A stretch of DNA of 62,952 nucleotides, filler included, from Octopus bimaculoides (lineage: Eukaryota), in assembly GCF_001194135.2 (NCBI RefSeq). It is 4 parts of 4 records of this genome, joined end to end, with 100 filler letters (N's around TTAATTAATTAA, not from the genome) between each part and the next. Parts side by side here need not be neighbours in the genome. Positions count along the whole stretch, not along the records: positions 31,081 to 41,848 come from NC_068995.1; positions 41,949 to 54,015 come from NC_068983.1; 2 more parts are not named here. The stretch is one strand, 5' to 3'. The translations under genes were made by a program, and so were the position numbers. This document shows, in pieces, positions 34,217 to 48,340 of this stretch (positions within the stretch are counted from its first letter, which is position 1; every line of letters begins with the position of its first letter). Below the pieces are notes generated by a model that saw only the letters and a program-made list of their open reading frames with translations, searched no databases and was not told the origin of the DNA.

Positions 34217-34418
34217 ATCCTTTCTACTATAGGCACAAGGCCTGAAATTTGGGGGAGGGGGACAGTCGATTGCATCGACCCCAGTGCATAACTGGTACTT
34301 AATTCATCGACCCCGAAAGGATGAAAGGCAAAGTCGACCTCGGTGGAATTTGAACTCAGAACGTAGCGGCAGACGAAATACCTCTGAGATTTCGCCTGGC
34401 GTGCTAACGATTCTGCCA
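34217..34418 (-). mobile_element. SINE family A copy
   Basis: Reverse complement of the family A unit. Others lie at about 42545-42715 and 56862-57060. Confidence 0.85.
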
Positions 34419-35738
34419 ACACACAAACAACACAGTTTTCCACAGAGTTTCCGTCCACCAAATTCTTTGCAATAAGACACCTGCATAAAGTGTTCGTAAA
34501 GTGAGCTTCTCAACCACACACATCCATATGTTAATGTGTGTGTGTGCCTGTGTAACACATACATCTATATACATAAATGTGTAATGGTGTTCGTGTGTAT
34601 TTGGGGTTACTCTAACCCCACCCACACCGTCCAACCGATTTTAATAAGTATTGGCACATAGGTAGATCACATGCCCTGAAGTTCAAATAAGGCTGGAATT
34701 TTTCAAAAGCTCGATAATGTTCGGTTGGCATCAATTTTTGTGAGCTCATTCGGATGTTTGAATGAAAATTTTCATAAACGATGTTATTTTTCCAGCAGAT
34801 TTTACACTTTTTGTCCGATTTTGATGAAAATCGATGAGTGAGCGAGGCTCATGGCAGTGAGCTGATGTCAGTATATAGCGTTGATGAAAAATCGATAATT
34901 GCGCTTGAGCAGTGGTTTTATAAAATCAATAGGCTTTTTGCGTGCAAATACCCATAGGGACATTATTTTTGGCCGTAACTTTTATATTTTCATGTAAATG
35001 GTCACATGGATTCTATTTTATGACATAGCCCTAACACCTTTCTTCGCATTTTGCTGAGATTGGACACGCTGATCAATTTTGTATAGAGAGTAGCATTAAG
35101 GGGAGAAAAATAAATAAACATCTCTCTCAACGGGTCGAGGTACACCCAAAAGTTTGACTGCGATTTCAGACGGTTCAGTATGTAGAAGTATGTCGAAAGC
35201 GTTAACCGGGTAAAATCCCTGTCGTACCAGATATAAGATCTTTATAGGTAATAGTTAGCACGGGGAACGTAAAAAGTTTCAATACAAGGTCAGAAGTGGA
35301 CTTAACTTCAACACGGAAAACACGAACAACGTCGAGTCCAACAGCTAATATATATATTTAAGCACACACACACACACACACACACAAACGAACACAAATG
35401 GGGTTTAAAATTTACGACAGCTGTTTCGGTAGAATTTTTAGTGATGTTTTCATGGATTACATCATAACATATAATCCACCATCCTCAGCTAACATTTTGA
35501 ACAAGTTGTTTTACCTAACTTTAACCAATGTTATTGCAACTAGCCATTTCTGGCGTCCTACTTATTCATGTGCCAAGATTCTAATGAATTCTATGGCTAA
35601 TATACATGGTGCACCAGCATGACCGCAGCCACTTGGCTGAAACACATAAATAAATAAAAAAATACGTGTGTATGTTGTGTGTGTGTGTATGAAGGCTTAA
35701 TTATTAGACGAGAAAAATTAATCTCAATNNNNNNNNNN

Positions 35739-35790
<52 letters not shown>

Positions 35791-37670
35791 CAGTGGCTTT
35801 GTGTATGTGTGTGTGTGTTTGTGTTTGTTCGTTTAGGAAGATGTAATACGTTAAGACGTGTGTGAAATGTTGATAAGTGGAATTGTTTTAGATATAACAG
35901 ATTGAATACTGCAGCTATAGATATAGGATATCTCGGACGCGGAAGGGGGCGCAGAGAGACAGCTAAACGGAAACGTAGTAGTAGTAGTAGTAGTAGTAGT
36001 ATTTGTTGTAGTAGTAGTAGTAGTAGTAGTAGCAGCAGCAACAGTAGTAATAGTAGTAGTAGTAGTAGTACTGGTGGTAGCTTAGTGATTCTGGGCGTAA
36101 TGGTGGTAGGGTAGGTATGATTATAGTAATATTAGTATTAGTGGTGGTCGTAGTCGTGGTCTTAGTAGACGTAGGGGTGGTTTGTAGTTGGAGCGCTGTT
36201 GCTGTAGCAGTGACATTGATTTTAAACATGGCCGTATCATTTGTATCAATGTATGGGTTCTGCTTCTCCTGGTGGTCATAGTAGCAGTAATGGTGGTGGT
36301 GGTGTTGGTGGTGGTGGGGTAGTGGTGTTAGCACTACCGATGGTGTTGTTTGCGTACGTGTATGTATGTGTCTGTTGTGTGTGTAAGTGTCAGTAAATAT
36401 ATGTATGTGCAGTTTGTTGTTGTTGTTGTGGTGGTAGTGGTAGCCGGTAACGTAGCGGTGTTGTTGTTGTTGTTGTTATTTTAAGACACCCTCTTAATGA
36501 TATGTCCGTTTCAGTAAGTCACCTGACCCTTGATGCTTATGACGTGGGTAGGGAGAGGGACGAGCCTCAACCCATAAAAGACGATTTACTACGGAAACGT
36601 TGCAGAAACGTGTAACCGAAGCTCAGAGGCATTCTCTATCTGTCTCATACACACACACACACACGTATAAGTATATATATAGTTGTACAGACAGCATTTC
36701 TCATATTTGAATTTAATGAAGTGAAGTTATGCAAGCAAACATTTGATAAAAACTCCCTTTAAGGTGTAATCATAAATACAACCAGCTTGAACGAAACACG
36801 ATCGTCTCTTTCACAAGATTGCTTTCAAGACAAAATCCACTCTCAGAGGCATCGTTTTTTCAAAACAATTCGATCATCTGATTATCCTAATCCACCAAGG
36901 GAAGGTATGTCGGAAGAAAATAATTCAACAACGCGGGTTGATGAGCCGTAAGACGTGTGGCCAGAACCTCCTGGAAAATAACCATAGCGAGGGACATTCC
37001 ACAGTTGAATTAGAACAGTCACAAACATTGAAAGAAGACATGCACCCAAGACCAGAGCTGAAAACACCTCCGAAAGGGGGTGGCCCCGCCACGTCAAAAC
37101 GGTAGAGGAGTAGGGGCCGAAACCGGACGTGGTTCCTCCTGATGATGTCTTGAGCTAACTGGATCCTATAAAGGAGCTGTTGTGGTAGCAGACTACAAAA
37201 CATAATTGAAATTCCTCTAATGGTCTTAAGTGCCTAACTGCTGAAGAGGGAGTTTTACATCACGAATCACTTGGATAGTCTTATTCAAACTGAAGGATCA
37301 TTCGACATGAGATTTTTTAGTACAGCACGATGTCAGCTAAGAACCAAAACTCCGAAGTGACTCTCAACCTTTCCTTTATAAAATNNNNNNNNNNNNNNNN
37401 NNNNNNNNNNNNNNNNNNNNNNNNNNNNNNNNNNNNNNNNNNNNNNNNNNNNNNNNNNNNNNNNNNNNNNNNNNNNNNNNNNNNNNNNNNNNNNNNNNNN
37501 NNNNNNNNNNNNNNNNNNNNNNNNNNNNNNNNNNNNNNNNNNNNNNNNNNNNNNNNNNNNNNNNNNNNNNNNNNNNNNNNNNNNNNNNNNNNNNNNNNNN
37601 NNNNNNNNNNNNNNNNNNNNNNNNNNNNNNNNNNNNNNNNNNNNNNNNNNNNNNNNNNNNNNNNNNNNAC

Positions 37671-38075
37671 ACAGGCGCATGAGTGGCTGTGTGGTAAGTA
37701 GCTTGCTTACCAACCACATGGTTCCGGGTTCATTCCCACTGCGTGGCACCTTGGGCAAGTGTCTACTATAGCCTCGGGCCGACCAAAGCCTTGTGAGTGG
37801 ATTTGGTAGACAGAAATATGTACATATGTATATATGTATATATATATGTATGTGTGTGTATATGTTTGTGTGTCTGTTTGTCCCCCCAACATCACTTGAC
37901 AACCGATTGGTGGTGTGTTTGCGACCCGTAACATTAGCGGTTCGTCAAAAGAGCCCGATAGAATAAGTACTAGGCTTCCAAAGAATAAGTCCCCGGGGTC
38001 GATTTGCTCGGACTAAAGGCGGTGCTCCAGCATGGCCGCAGTCAAATGACTGAAACAAGTAAAAGAGTAAAAGAG
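37671..38075 (+). mobile_element. SINE family B, full length
   Basis: Head, internal microsatellite and tail intact. Confidence 0.85.
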
Positions 38076-38646
38076 TATATAATGTGTGTGCGCGTGTGGA
38101 TTTATGTGGGTTCCTGTGCGCGCGTAAATGTGTGTGCTTGTGTACGCATGCGCTTTTCAGGAAACGCCATGTTGTGTTATTTTAAATATAAAGATAAGTT
38201 TTTACTTTGAAGTAGTTTCCGCTTTATCTTCTAATGTAATGCTTCAACTAAAAATACATATACATACACATACACATATACATTCATATACATACATAGA
38301 TGCATATATACATATGTGTACATATATGGGCGAAGGAAAGAAGGGAGAAAGAGATGGTTTAGAGAAAACTGTTAGAACGTGCCTCTTGTTACAATTTTTC
38401 TCCAATACCCCGCTCCACAGTCAGTACCTTAAAATATTCTATTTGATAACGCATTGCTGTCCCCGTCCTGTCAGTCTTTTACCAACTTTGAGCATAAGAC
38501 ATTTCGAAATGGGGATTCTTCAACCTACTAACATTTGAATTTCAGTAAAACGGAAGAATAACGTTAAAAATTACAAAATTAAAACACAGAAAAACATAAA
38601 ATAATTATCACTCACATTTAGAGAGAGAGAGAGGGAGAGAGAGGGA

Positions 38647-38688
<42 letters not shown>

Positions 38689-38947
38689 GAGAGAGAGAGG
38701 NNNNNNNNNNAGAGAGAGAGGACAGAGAAAGAGAGAGAGAGGACAGAGAAAGAGAGAGAGAGGACAGAGAAAGAGAGAGAGAAAGAGCGAAGGCGTGCAG
38801 AAAAACAAAGGAACCTACACAAAAACCATATTTAAATAAAAATCTAAGCAGAAACAATGGACGAGAATGGTGGTCTGTGTAAAATTTATCGAGCAAAAAC
38901 CTTTTTTAATATGTCTACATCAATAAATACATTGGTGATAATAATTA

Positions 38948-39169
38948 CTCTTTACTCTTTACTCTTTTACTTGTTTCAGTCATTTGACTGCGGCCATGCT
39001 GGAGCACCGCCTTTAGTCGAGCAAATCGACCCCTAAGACTTATTCCTTTGCAAGCCTAGTACTTATTCTATCGGTCTCTTTGTCCGAACCGCTAAGTTAC
39101 GGGGACATAAACACACCAACATCGGTTGTCAAGCAATGCTAGGGGGACAAACACAGACACACAAACATG

Positions 39170-39201
<32 letters not shown>

Positions 39202-39450
39202 NNNNNNNNNNNNNNNNNNNNNNNNNNNNNNNNNNNNNNNNNNNNNNNNNNNNNNNNNNNNNNNNNATATATATATATATATATATATATATATACGACG
39301 GGCTTCTTTCAGTTTCCGTCTACCAAATCCGCTCACAAGCCTTTGGTCGGCCCGAGGCTGCAGTAGAAGACACTTGCTCAAGATGCCACGCAGTGGGACT
39401 GAACCCGGAACCATGTGGTTGGTAAGCAGGCTACTTGCCACACAGCCACT
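38948..39450 (-). mobile_element. SINE family B, full length
   Basis: Same blocks on the minus strand. Another diverged copy lies at about 42855-43225. Confidence 0.85.
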
Positions 39451-40712
39451 CAGGTGATCTTTTTGAGTTTGTATCCGCTGAATCGAGGCTGACCTTATGG
39501 TTAAACAACAATAACATTAGCAGCAGCAGCGTAGCCACGGCGGGAGGTTGAGGAAGCAAGTTTAAATGTTTCCTAAATTTATTCTTTTTTTTTGTTCTTG
39601 TTCCTGCTATTGTGTTGTCACTCCCTAGATATGCTCTGACCCAGATGACTTACGAACAAATATTTCCAGCTGTGACTTTCACATTTTCTTTTTCAAACAC
39701 AGCGTCACAACCTGCTTCATGTATCTTAGGCAAAAGATAGGAGACTCATGACTTTTTTTTACTGTTAAAGTCTTTCGTCACTGATGAGAAGAAGAGAGGA
39801 GAAAGATATTCTCCAACAGAATGGACTCTGCTAAAAGAATCCAAGGACCAAAATATGCTGCTAAATTGGAAGATGACATGTAGAAATATATGGATGCTTT
39901 CTCACTCCGAAGGAGTTGTAAAGTCAATTGGAACGTTTGCTAAGATCGTCTTTTTAGACACCCGTCCTGGCCGAGTAGATTTAAAGGACCTTTCCACTTT
40001 GGCTGTCAAATTTCAAAAACTTAACGTTTATTGAAAATTTTTAAATTTGGAACATTAATGTAGTTTTCCAACCGGAATCTTAGGAGATATTTCCCTTTTT
40101 TCAGAAATTAAAAAAAAAAAAGTTATAGAGGTTTAAAATTTGATAATTTTCACCCAGTCAGAAAATAGGATTTGGAAGCTGTCATTTTGTACGTAGCACC
40201 CGTGTTGTCAACTGTAAATAAATCAAATTCTGCTTTACGTACGCTATATAATCCCTATTTTTGAGAACTTTCAGAAAATTTTTGCGAGTTTGTATTCTAC
40301 ACACGGGAATTCATGCGACTACTCAAAAATAAAACAAAAATTTCTTTGGTGTGTGATTTAAGGTCTATTTCGCTGCTATTTTTGGTACATCTGACCCACC
40401 TCAATGAGTGAAATATATTTATCAACAGTGGAGGCGCAATGGCCCAGTGGTTAGGGCAGTACTCGAAAGAGATTGCGAAAAAAAGATCATAAAACTAATG
40501 ACACAGATTTAAGGGCTTTGCTGTCNNNNNNNNNNNNNNNNNNNNNNNNNNNNNNNNNNNNNNNNNNNNNNNNNNNNNNNNNNNNNNNNNNNNNNNNNNN
40601 NNNNNNNNNNNNNNNNNNNNNNNNNNNNNNNNNNNNNNNNNNNNNNNNNNNNNNNNNNNNNNNNNNNNNNNNNNNNNNNNNNNNNNNNNNNNNNNNNNNN
40701 NNNNNNNNNNNN

Positions 40713-40897
40713 CGATATACATTAAGTGCCGACTACATAAACAAACGATTCTTCGTTTTATTTGCTTTTTTCATTTTAAATTTGCTTTAACCCTAACCCT
40801 AACCGTAGGGTTAGGGTTAGGGTTAGAGTTAGGGTTAGGGTTAGGATTAATTGTTTCAGAATCGTTTGTTTATGTAGTCGGCACTTAATGTATATCG
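40713..40897. repeat. Perfect 40-bp inverted repeat enclosing divergent telomere-type (TAACCC)n/(TTAGGG)n arrays
   Basis: 40713-40752 is the reverse complement of 40858-40897. Hexamer arrays lie at 40788-40848. Confidence 0.9.
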
Positions 40898-41509
40898 GCT
40901 GAATGGACGTCAGTGATTGGTTGAAATTACAGAAATACGACAACTTTAACATGGAATAATTTATGGATTTCTTTTTTTTTAAAGAAGACTAAGAGAAAAA
41001 GATGTTTTATATGACACATTCTACCAGTGTTCCAAGTTTCAAAGTGTTTCGTTAATGAAAAATGTGGCCCCCGTTTTAAAAAAGATCCCACAATGTAGTT
41101 TTATATAATAGAAAAAGACGTTGGAGAAATTTGTTGTGGTCAGAAGGAGACAGGTGGTGGAGGGAGCGAAGAAAACCCACCTGATTGGAAGATAACAGAT
41201 GAAAGACAAGACACTTCGCTTCGTCGTGCCTCTTTGACTCCATCAGGAGGTGAAGACTTGAAGTAGGAAGAACAAAAGGAAGGAACTCCTACGCACACGC
41301 GAGCACGCACACACACACACACAAATATACTGATATGTGACATGTGTGTCAGCTCTGAGTTTCCCCCTGGCTGGACTGTTGACAACTGTATACAGAGCAT
41401 TCACTCCACCATAAGCTTGGGATATATTTGATTATGTCTGCTGAATTTAGGGGATTTAGCTGCTATTTCTAGCAGGCCTAAAGGCAGCATGGTGGCTCTA
41501 GTATGTGGT

Positions 41510-41848
41510 GGTTGGCACTTCGTCGGTTACGACGTCGAGGGTTCCAGTAGATCATATCAACAGAACAGCCTGTTCGTGAAATTAACGTGCAAGTGGCTGA
41601 GCACTCCACAGACACGTGTACCCTTAACGTAGTTCTCGGGGATATTCAGCGTGACACAGTGTGACAAGGCTGGTCCTTTGAATTACAGGTACAACAGAAA
41701 CAGGAAGATAGAATGAGAGAAAGTTGTGTTGAAAGAGTACAGCAGGGTTCGCCACCATCCCCTGCCGGAGCCTCGTGGAGCTTTTAGGTGTTTTCGCTCA
41801 ATAAACACTCACAACACCCGGTCTGGGAATCGAAATCGCGATCCTACG
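41510..41848 (-). mobile_element. SINE family C, truncated at the spacer
   Basis: Reverse complement of the 30022 copy. Confidence 0.85.
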
Positions 41849-41948
41849 NNNNNNNNNNNNNNNNNNNNNNNNNNNNNNNNNNNNNNNNNNNNTTAATTAA
41901 TTAANNNNNNNNNNNNNNNNNNNNNNNNNNNNNNNNNNNNNNNNNNNN
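41849..41948. other. Artificial 100-bp assembly spacer N44-TTAATTAATTAA-N44
   Basis: Same layout as 30981-31080. Confidence 0.9.
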
Positions 41949-42150
41949 GGTGGTGGTGGTGGTGGTGATGATGATGATGATGATGATGATGATGGTGATG
42001 ATGATGGGAGTGGCTGGTGGCAGTGACGCTGGTGGCGATGATAATTATAGTAATGATGGGGTGGGTGGTGGTGATGGTGGTAGTGGTGGTGTCGGCGATG
42101 ACGACGTCGACGACAACGACAATGATGACGTTGATGTTGATGACCTTCGA

Positions 42151-42205
<55 letters not shown>

Positions 42206-43847
42206 ATCATCACAATCATCATGGTGGTAATGATGATGATTTCTGATGTAACACAAAGCTGAATATTTGTGTTACATGCTGAATAAGGTGCAGGCAGAAC
42301 TATGTGTTTGAAAAGTTAGTACGCTCTTCCGTGTTCGATCATACGTGTCTGGTACTTACGTCACGCGTTTTCTCTTTTGACAATATCCTTGATGTGACTA
42401 ATATCTTCTGAGAAGAATCTGGTTGGCGGAAATTGAGGAAGTTCCTCGTGTATATTGTGGTAAGAACTTCAAAGTTCTTTAAAAGTACTTTCACTACTTT
42501 TCTTAGACAGCTATTATTTTATTACGTATTGTGGCCGCTTATGCTAGCACAAAGCCCGAAATTTTTAGGGAGGAGGCCTGTCGATTAGATCGACCCCAGT
42601 ACGAAACTGGTACTTAATTTATAGACCCCGAAAGGATGAAAGGCAAAGTCGACCGCGGCAGAATTTGAACTCAGACGAAATACTGCTAAGCACTTCGCCC
42701 GGCATGCTAACGTTTCTTGTATTTTGTGTGATTAAATAACTGCTTTGTATTTAGTAGCTAAAGGAGTAAATGTCTTTAGTTCACTAGCGGCTGATGATGT
42801 GAAAATTCAGAGAAACGTGTTGACATCTCTAAAAGTAATATCTTTCATCTTTTATTTGTTTCAGTCATTAAACTGTGACCATGCTGGGACACCGCCTTGA
42901 AGAATCGATCCCAGTACTTATTTTTTGTTGAGGTTGGTACTTATTCTATCGGTCTGTTTTGCCGAACCGCTATGTTACGGGGACATAAACTCACCAACAC
43001 TGGTTGTCAACAGGTGGTTAGAGACAAATACACACACACACACACACACACACACTACATATATATATACGATGGGCTTCTTTCAGTTTCCGTCAACCGA
43101 ATCCACTCACAATGCATTGGTCGGACCCAACCCATAGTAGAGGAGACTTGCTCAAGGTGCCACGTATAGAACTGAACCCAGAACCATGTGGTTGACAAGC
43201 AGGCATCTTACCACACAGCTACGCATTGTTGGTAAGAATTTTCTTTATGCAGTATACCTGAGGTTTTCATGTCGTTTTTGTTTAATTCAGAAAGGCATGA
43301 CCTCATAGTACCTTCAACCTGTTGAATCGTTGTGCATTCTATGTAGTAAAATACCTTGCTTGTATGAATAAAATTGTACTTATTAGGTTTCGCTGCCTCT
43401 CACGAGGCAATTTTTATGCGTTCTCTGGAAGCGAAGATAATTTTAATAGCTAAAAAATTTATTCTGTATGGTATTTACGATAACTTTATTCGTCTTTGGG
43501 CGTTCAAATTCATGTCAATGGTTAACTCTGATTTATTTCTCATAGCTAATTTTTGTTTTAAGCATGAAAATTACCTTGGCCATTAACGTTTTCAATGCGC
43601 TTTGTCCAATAGTGTTTCTTCGCTTCTAGAAAAAAAAAAGTCTTTTTCCTGAATGGTTTGTTAATTCCGTAGAAGTTCTGATTCTTGAAATTATCTTCAC
43701 TACTCATACACCAATCTGTGTACATTGACTAGCGTCGGTTGTTGTTTTTGCTGCTGCCAGTTCAACCTCAAAGGTGAGATTACCCTGTTTGATATATATA
43801 TATATACATATATATGCATGTATGTATGTATGTATGCATGTATACAG

Positions 43848-43878
<31 letters not shown>

Positions 43879-45040
43879 TGCACAACCATATTCTCTACAA
43901 CATGTATTGAGTACTCCTTTCTCATTCGTTCGACATAAATTTACATTTAGTAACATCACTTTACGCTCTGAATTCAAATCCTGCTGGAATCAACTTTGTC
44001 TTTTATTATTCAGGGTGTCCAGTGCCATGGTCCAAATAATCGACTTTACTCCTTCTAAATGAATGACCTTAGGCTTAAGTTAGACATCAATATTTCCTTC
44101 TCCCCGTTTTTGGCTTCGTCATAAAAAAAATTATTTTAAGGCATTAGGTTATCAGAACCATTTCAATGTCCCAAATCATAGAATAGCAATCTTTTGGTTT
44201 AGGTTCCTCAAAGTATTAAATTCGAATCCATTTTGTGGTTGTTAAAATATACGATAGTAGTTCACTTAGTTTCATCCAGTCAACTGTGTGTTCCCTCTTA
44301 CAAAGCAACTGAACCTCTACTTGTGTAAGAAATCAATTGTAAATCAATATTGTAATGACTGAGTTAGATTCTGATTTTGGTGTATAATTTCGATTCTGCG
44401 TTCATGTAAACAACCTTTCCTGCTTTTCCCGTAAATTATCAATATTAACCTTTTTGTCTGTCCAAAGCATTTTCATAGGTTTCTTCTAAACGTCTACACT
44501 TGTTTTCAGACTATCAGCCAACCCTTGTTTCAGACATTCTGAGTAATATTAAGCTTTCCTTTCGCGTGTGATACACAGGACAAGCAAAGGGTTAAACTTT
44601 CTTTAAAAATAAATACCATTTCCATATTTACCACAGCGCTTCAGAATCAAGCTGCTCGTGACTATGGTTCCCTACTATATTATAGAGGACTGGCCTGAAA
44701 ATAATTATCGTTCAGGAAAACAGGAAATCATGTAATTTGTAAATGTCTGCGAAACTTGTCAAAGTTGTCAGACCAACGATAAAACAATTTGGTTAAGAAG
44801 AAATCTGAGAAGGTATTCAGTGAGCGTTCCACTTGATAGTAAGCTAACACGAAACAGGTTAACTCTGAATTTATCTCTGTATTTATAAGCGAGCATCAAG
44901 ATGAATACTGTTAGAATTATTGCAAGTCAAGGGTACCGAGAACATACGTTCTGGTACAATTTTGAGTTAATCTGATATGAATAATATACAATTGATAAAC
45001 AAGATGTATCTAAATATAAATCTATTTATTGCTCCCCCGC

Positions 45041-45135
<95 letters not shown>

Positions 45136-46149
45136 ATGTATGTGTGTGTATCTGTGTGTGGGTGTGTGTGTGTAGGTGTGTGTGTATGTGAGTATGGGAG
45201 TTACATAATCAAACTGACCCCAATACTTACCTCAAACCTATTTCGTCGACTTCCAAGGCAAAATCAACTGTATCGGATTTGCGTGTAGTTAAAACAATGA
45301 AAGAAAAACTGTCAGTTAAATTACTGCGTATAAAATCTATACAGTTTTCGTTAAAAAAAAATCGCTAACAGCCTGGGAATAGACATTGCAGAATAAACAA
45401 GCTGAGAATAGATGCTGCGGAGAATAAACATAAGGGAATAAAACAATTTAATCAAAAGATATAAATTATAGCCATGAACATATTCCTTCAATAAACATTG
45501 TTTCATTTTCATAAGTATTGAAAGAAAATCGAAAATTGTAGAACCTATTCATCTGACCTTATGTCTTAGTTGCGGCCCTTTACGTTGTGTGTTCAAATTC
45601 CTTTAATCTTTCTGGGTTCGATAAAATAAAGTACCAGTCAATGTGATCAATTAACCTCCCACTTCATAATTTCTGGCGTTGTGCTTATATTAATAACTAT
45701 TATTACTATTATGACAGAAAAATGTAGAAGCAGAAGTGGAGTGGATAGAATCATTCCTCTTAAAACCTGCTATGTTTATATGGTACTGGGGGAAACAATG
45801 CAGAAGTATGTAAAAATGTCAGAGAAAATTCTCAATTAGCTAGAAGCTTTCAAAGAGAGCCCATGTGTCAAAATGATGCTGAGTCTGTTTAGGGAGCCGT
45901 AAATAAAACTAAAACTAAAATGGGAAAAGATTATTTTCCTCTAGACAATCTGGTGATGTCTGGAAGTAAAGTCACTTCTGAGGGACGTCAGTTTACAAAA
46001 TTTAGACATGGTAACACTTAACGATATACGAACATCTGATCCTCACATAGAAGCATAGATTTAAAACTAGAGATCATTTATATACTGAAAAGGGCTGGAT
46101 GATCAGACTTCTTCAAACCTCGACAAAGCTTTCTAAGAATATCTAACTC

Positions 46150-46340
46150 GTTAGTATTAGTGGGCGGTTGTAATGATATCCGAGACGCACACAAACACTT
46201 TGCAGAACCATCAGATATAAAGTGCGTGTAAAAACCTCTCAAACCTACTCAAACATTTCCAAATGTCTGACAAGTATCAAATGGATTTCTCGAAAACATC
46301 AATATGGACTAGAACATGCTAGGATGGTCTTCTATAAGGT
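46150..46340 (+). pseudogene. Possible degenerate SGNH/esterase-like LINE ORF1 remnant
   Basis: LVLVGGCND (GxND block) followed about 150 nt later by a frameshifted DGL-like block. Many stops, weak signal. Confidence 0.3.
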
Positions 46341-47959
46341 GCGCTATAATTCTTGATTGATGGCCATGTAGACCACACTTTGTTACCCTTACAATAAACA
46401 TAGATATGGGATTCAAGAAATGAGATCAGTGAGCTAAATAAGCAGGAATTGGCAGTAAGTAATAATAGATAGCAAGTGGTAATGTTAAAGATGGAATTTA
46501 GAGTAGAATTTATTAGTTTCAGTGAAGAACTAGAGATGTAAACTATTATATTCGAGGGAGATTTTGTTGGTTGAATCGAAGAGAATATTGAGACAAGCAT
46601 CACATCCAATGTGAAAGCAACCAAGATGTTCCTCGACTACATTTTAATGCGAAACAGGAAAGCAGCTGCGATTTTCCAACTAAGGAGCGAACTCCCCGAC
46701 AGCAGAAAACAAAGACGCTTGATGAACTCATGGTACAATGTGACAATTCAGTCTTTGACAAAGATCGATGGATCGTTACTCTCCGATTCAAAACAAGAGT
46801 GTGCATTCATGATGATGACAATCAGCCCATAGCCCCCACCGGATCGGCCGTCGCTCTGGATTTACAGAGTGCAGCAGAAGACCGACAAATTGGCAAAATC
46901 TAGTTGCAACGTCATCAACAAATGGTCAAGAGATAAGCAAATGGAAGGAACAATGAGCACTACACTCAGCAAAAGGGACTGCGATATTATATTGTGTTGC
47001 TTAAAGATTTTCGTTACATTCCTCAGCATATGGATCTCCTTGATATTAAAGGTTCCCGTTAAATCCCTCGCTTCATAGTGGAATTTTAATTCTCGCCTTT
47101 GATTTTGTAGTTGGGCGTTATTGTTTCCCGTTAACGAAAATTACTGCAAAGAAAAGAAGGTGATATGAAACAATTCCCAATGAAATCGTACCAGTAGTCT
47201 AGGCGAGCAAGCAAAGGAACTTATAGGTGGCCAATCAATCTGCTAGTAATAGCAGTCAAATTGCATTCGAATCAAACTTCGCTGTCTTAAAAAAATGGAC
47301 ACAAAATTGTTACGGATGAAACATATTTAATCAAAGGTCTTTTCTATCAGAGTTGACCTAAAACTAAACAATAGCAATGCCAGCAGCAGAGCAGACAAAG
47401 GTAATTTTCCTTTGGCAAATGAAGTGATACATTTTAGTAAAGTAATTTGCTTCAAGCCAACTGGATTAAATCAGTTATACAAAATCCACTACAACATTAA
47501 TTATAGAATAAATGATGACGCTATAAAAAAAATAAATAAAACGTTCATTGGAATGTCTTTCGATGAAGCCATACAATTTTATTTCTCTATAATTGGATAC
47601 AATTCTTGAAGGATATTCCTGCCATGATTATATTTACAACAGGATTTCTGTATGCTTCGCCATATTGCAGTTAGGTTTCTTTCAAATGGGATTTATTTTC
47701 TTCAAGTGCATAAATAATTATTTTCGTTCTCATGCATTCCACCATATATTTATAAAACCAGTTGGCAACTGGCAGAGAACTAATAACAATTAGAATATTT
47801 ATATTTTGAACCTATTTTACAGGTTTCACAGATAATCGCTATTGATTAATAACAAAGAACAATGAGTAATCTGGTGTCGAGCTATGTCCATGAACTGGTT
47901 TCGATTCTGAGTTCAGCTATTTCTCTTAATTTATACAGTTGATAACATTGTTCTATATT

Positions 47960-48120
47960 TAAGAGATAAGGAATTATTTACATTATTTACATTTGACGGA
48001 TATTTGTCCCTTATCTTGTTTGTTGTTAACTCAACGTTTCGGCTTATATACCCTCCAGACTTCATCAAGTGTATTGGGGAAATTTCGAACCTGGGTTCTC
48101 ATTCCTAAGGTATCTTTCGA

Positions 48121-48125
<5 letters not shown>
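47960..48125 (-). mobile_element. Hammerhead-bearing (Penelope pLTR-like) module, degenerate copy
   Basis: Reverse complement of 49056-49205. Core mutated to TTGATGA. Confidence 0.75.
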
Positions 48126-48153
<28 letters not shown>

Positions 48154-48164
48154 CATTATTCAGT

Positions 48165-48340
48165 AGTTTTATTTTTATAACGTGCTTTCACTTCACTACC
48201 GAGCGCAGCTCTGTGCGCCTTGGGTATGTGCTGTGGTTTGCTGTGGTGCTCTTATGTTTACTGTATTGAAAGTGTTTTGCGTAGAATGTGTGCAGTACCC
48301 AGTAGTGCAATTTTCTGTATGTTATATATATTTGTAAGTC
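48165..48340 (-). mobile_element. 3' end of an RLE-type (R4/Dong-like) non-LTR retrotransposon ending in (AAT)n
   Basis: Minus strand LTNIYNIQKIALLGTAHILRKTLSIQ* (stop at 48258-48260), matching the recalled R4/Dong C-terminal K.ALLGTA.ILR motif, then a short UTR and the (AAT)n tract. Confidence 0.75.

Noticed and set aside
39770-40035. About 87-codon open frame SFVTDEKKRGERY...QKLNVY*
   Set aside because: No recognisable motif. It runs into an AT-rich DNA-transposon-like repeat, and the length is compatible with chance.
40788-40848. Ancestral telomere-telomere fusion site
   Set aside because: The orientation is CCCTAA then TTAGGG, the reverse of a fusion signature, and the array is short and enclosed in an inverted repeat.
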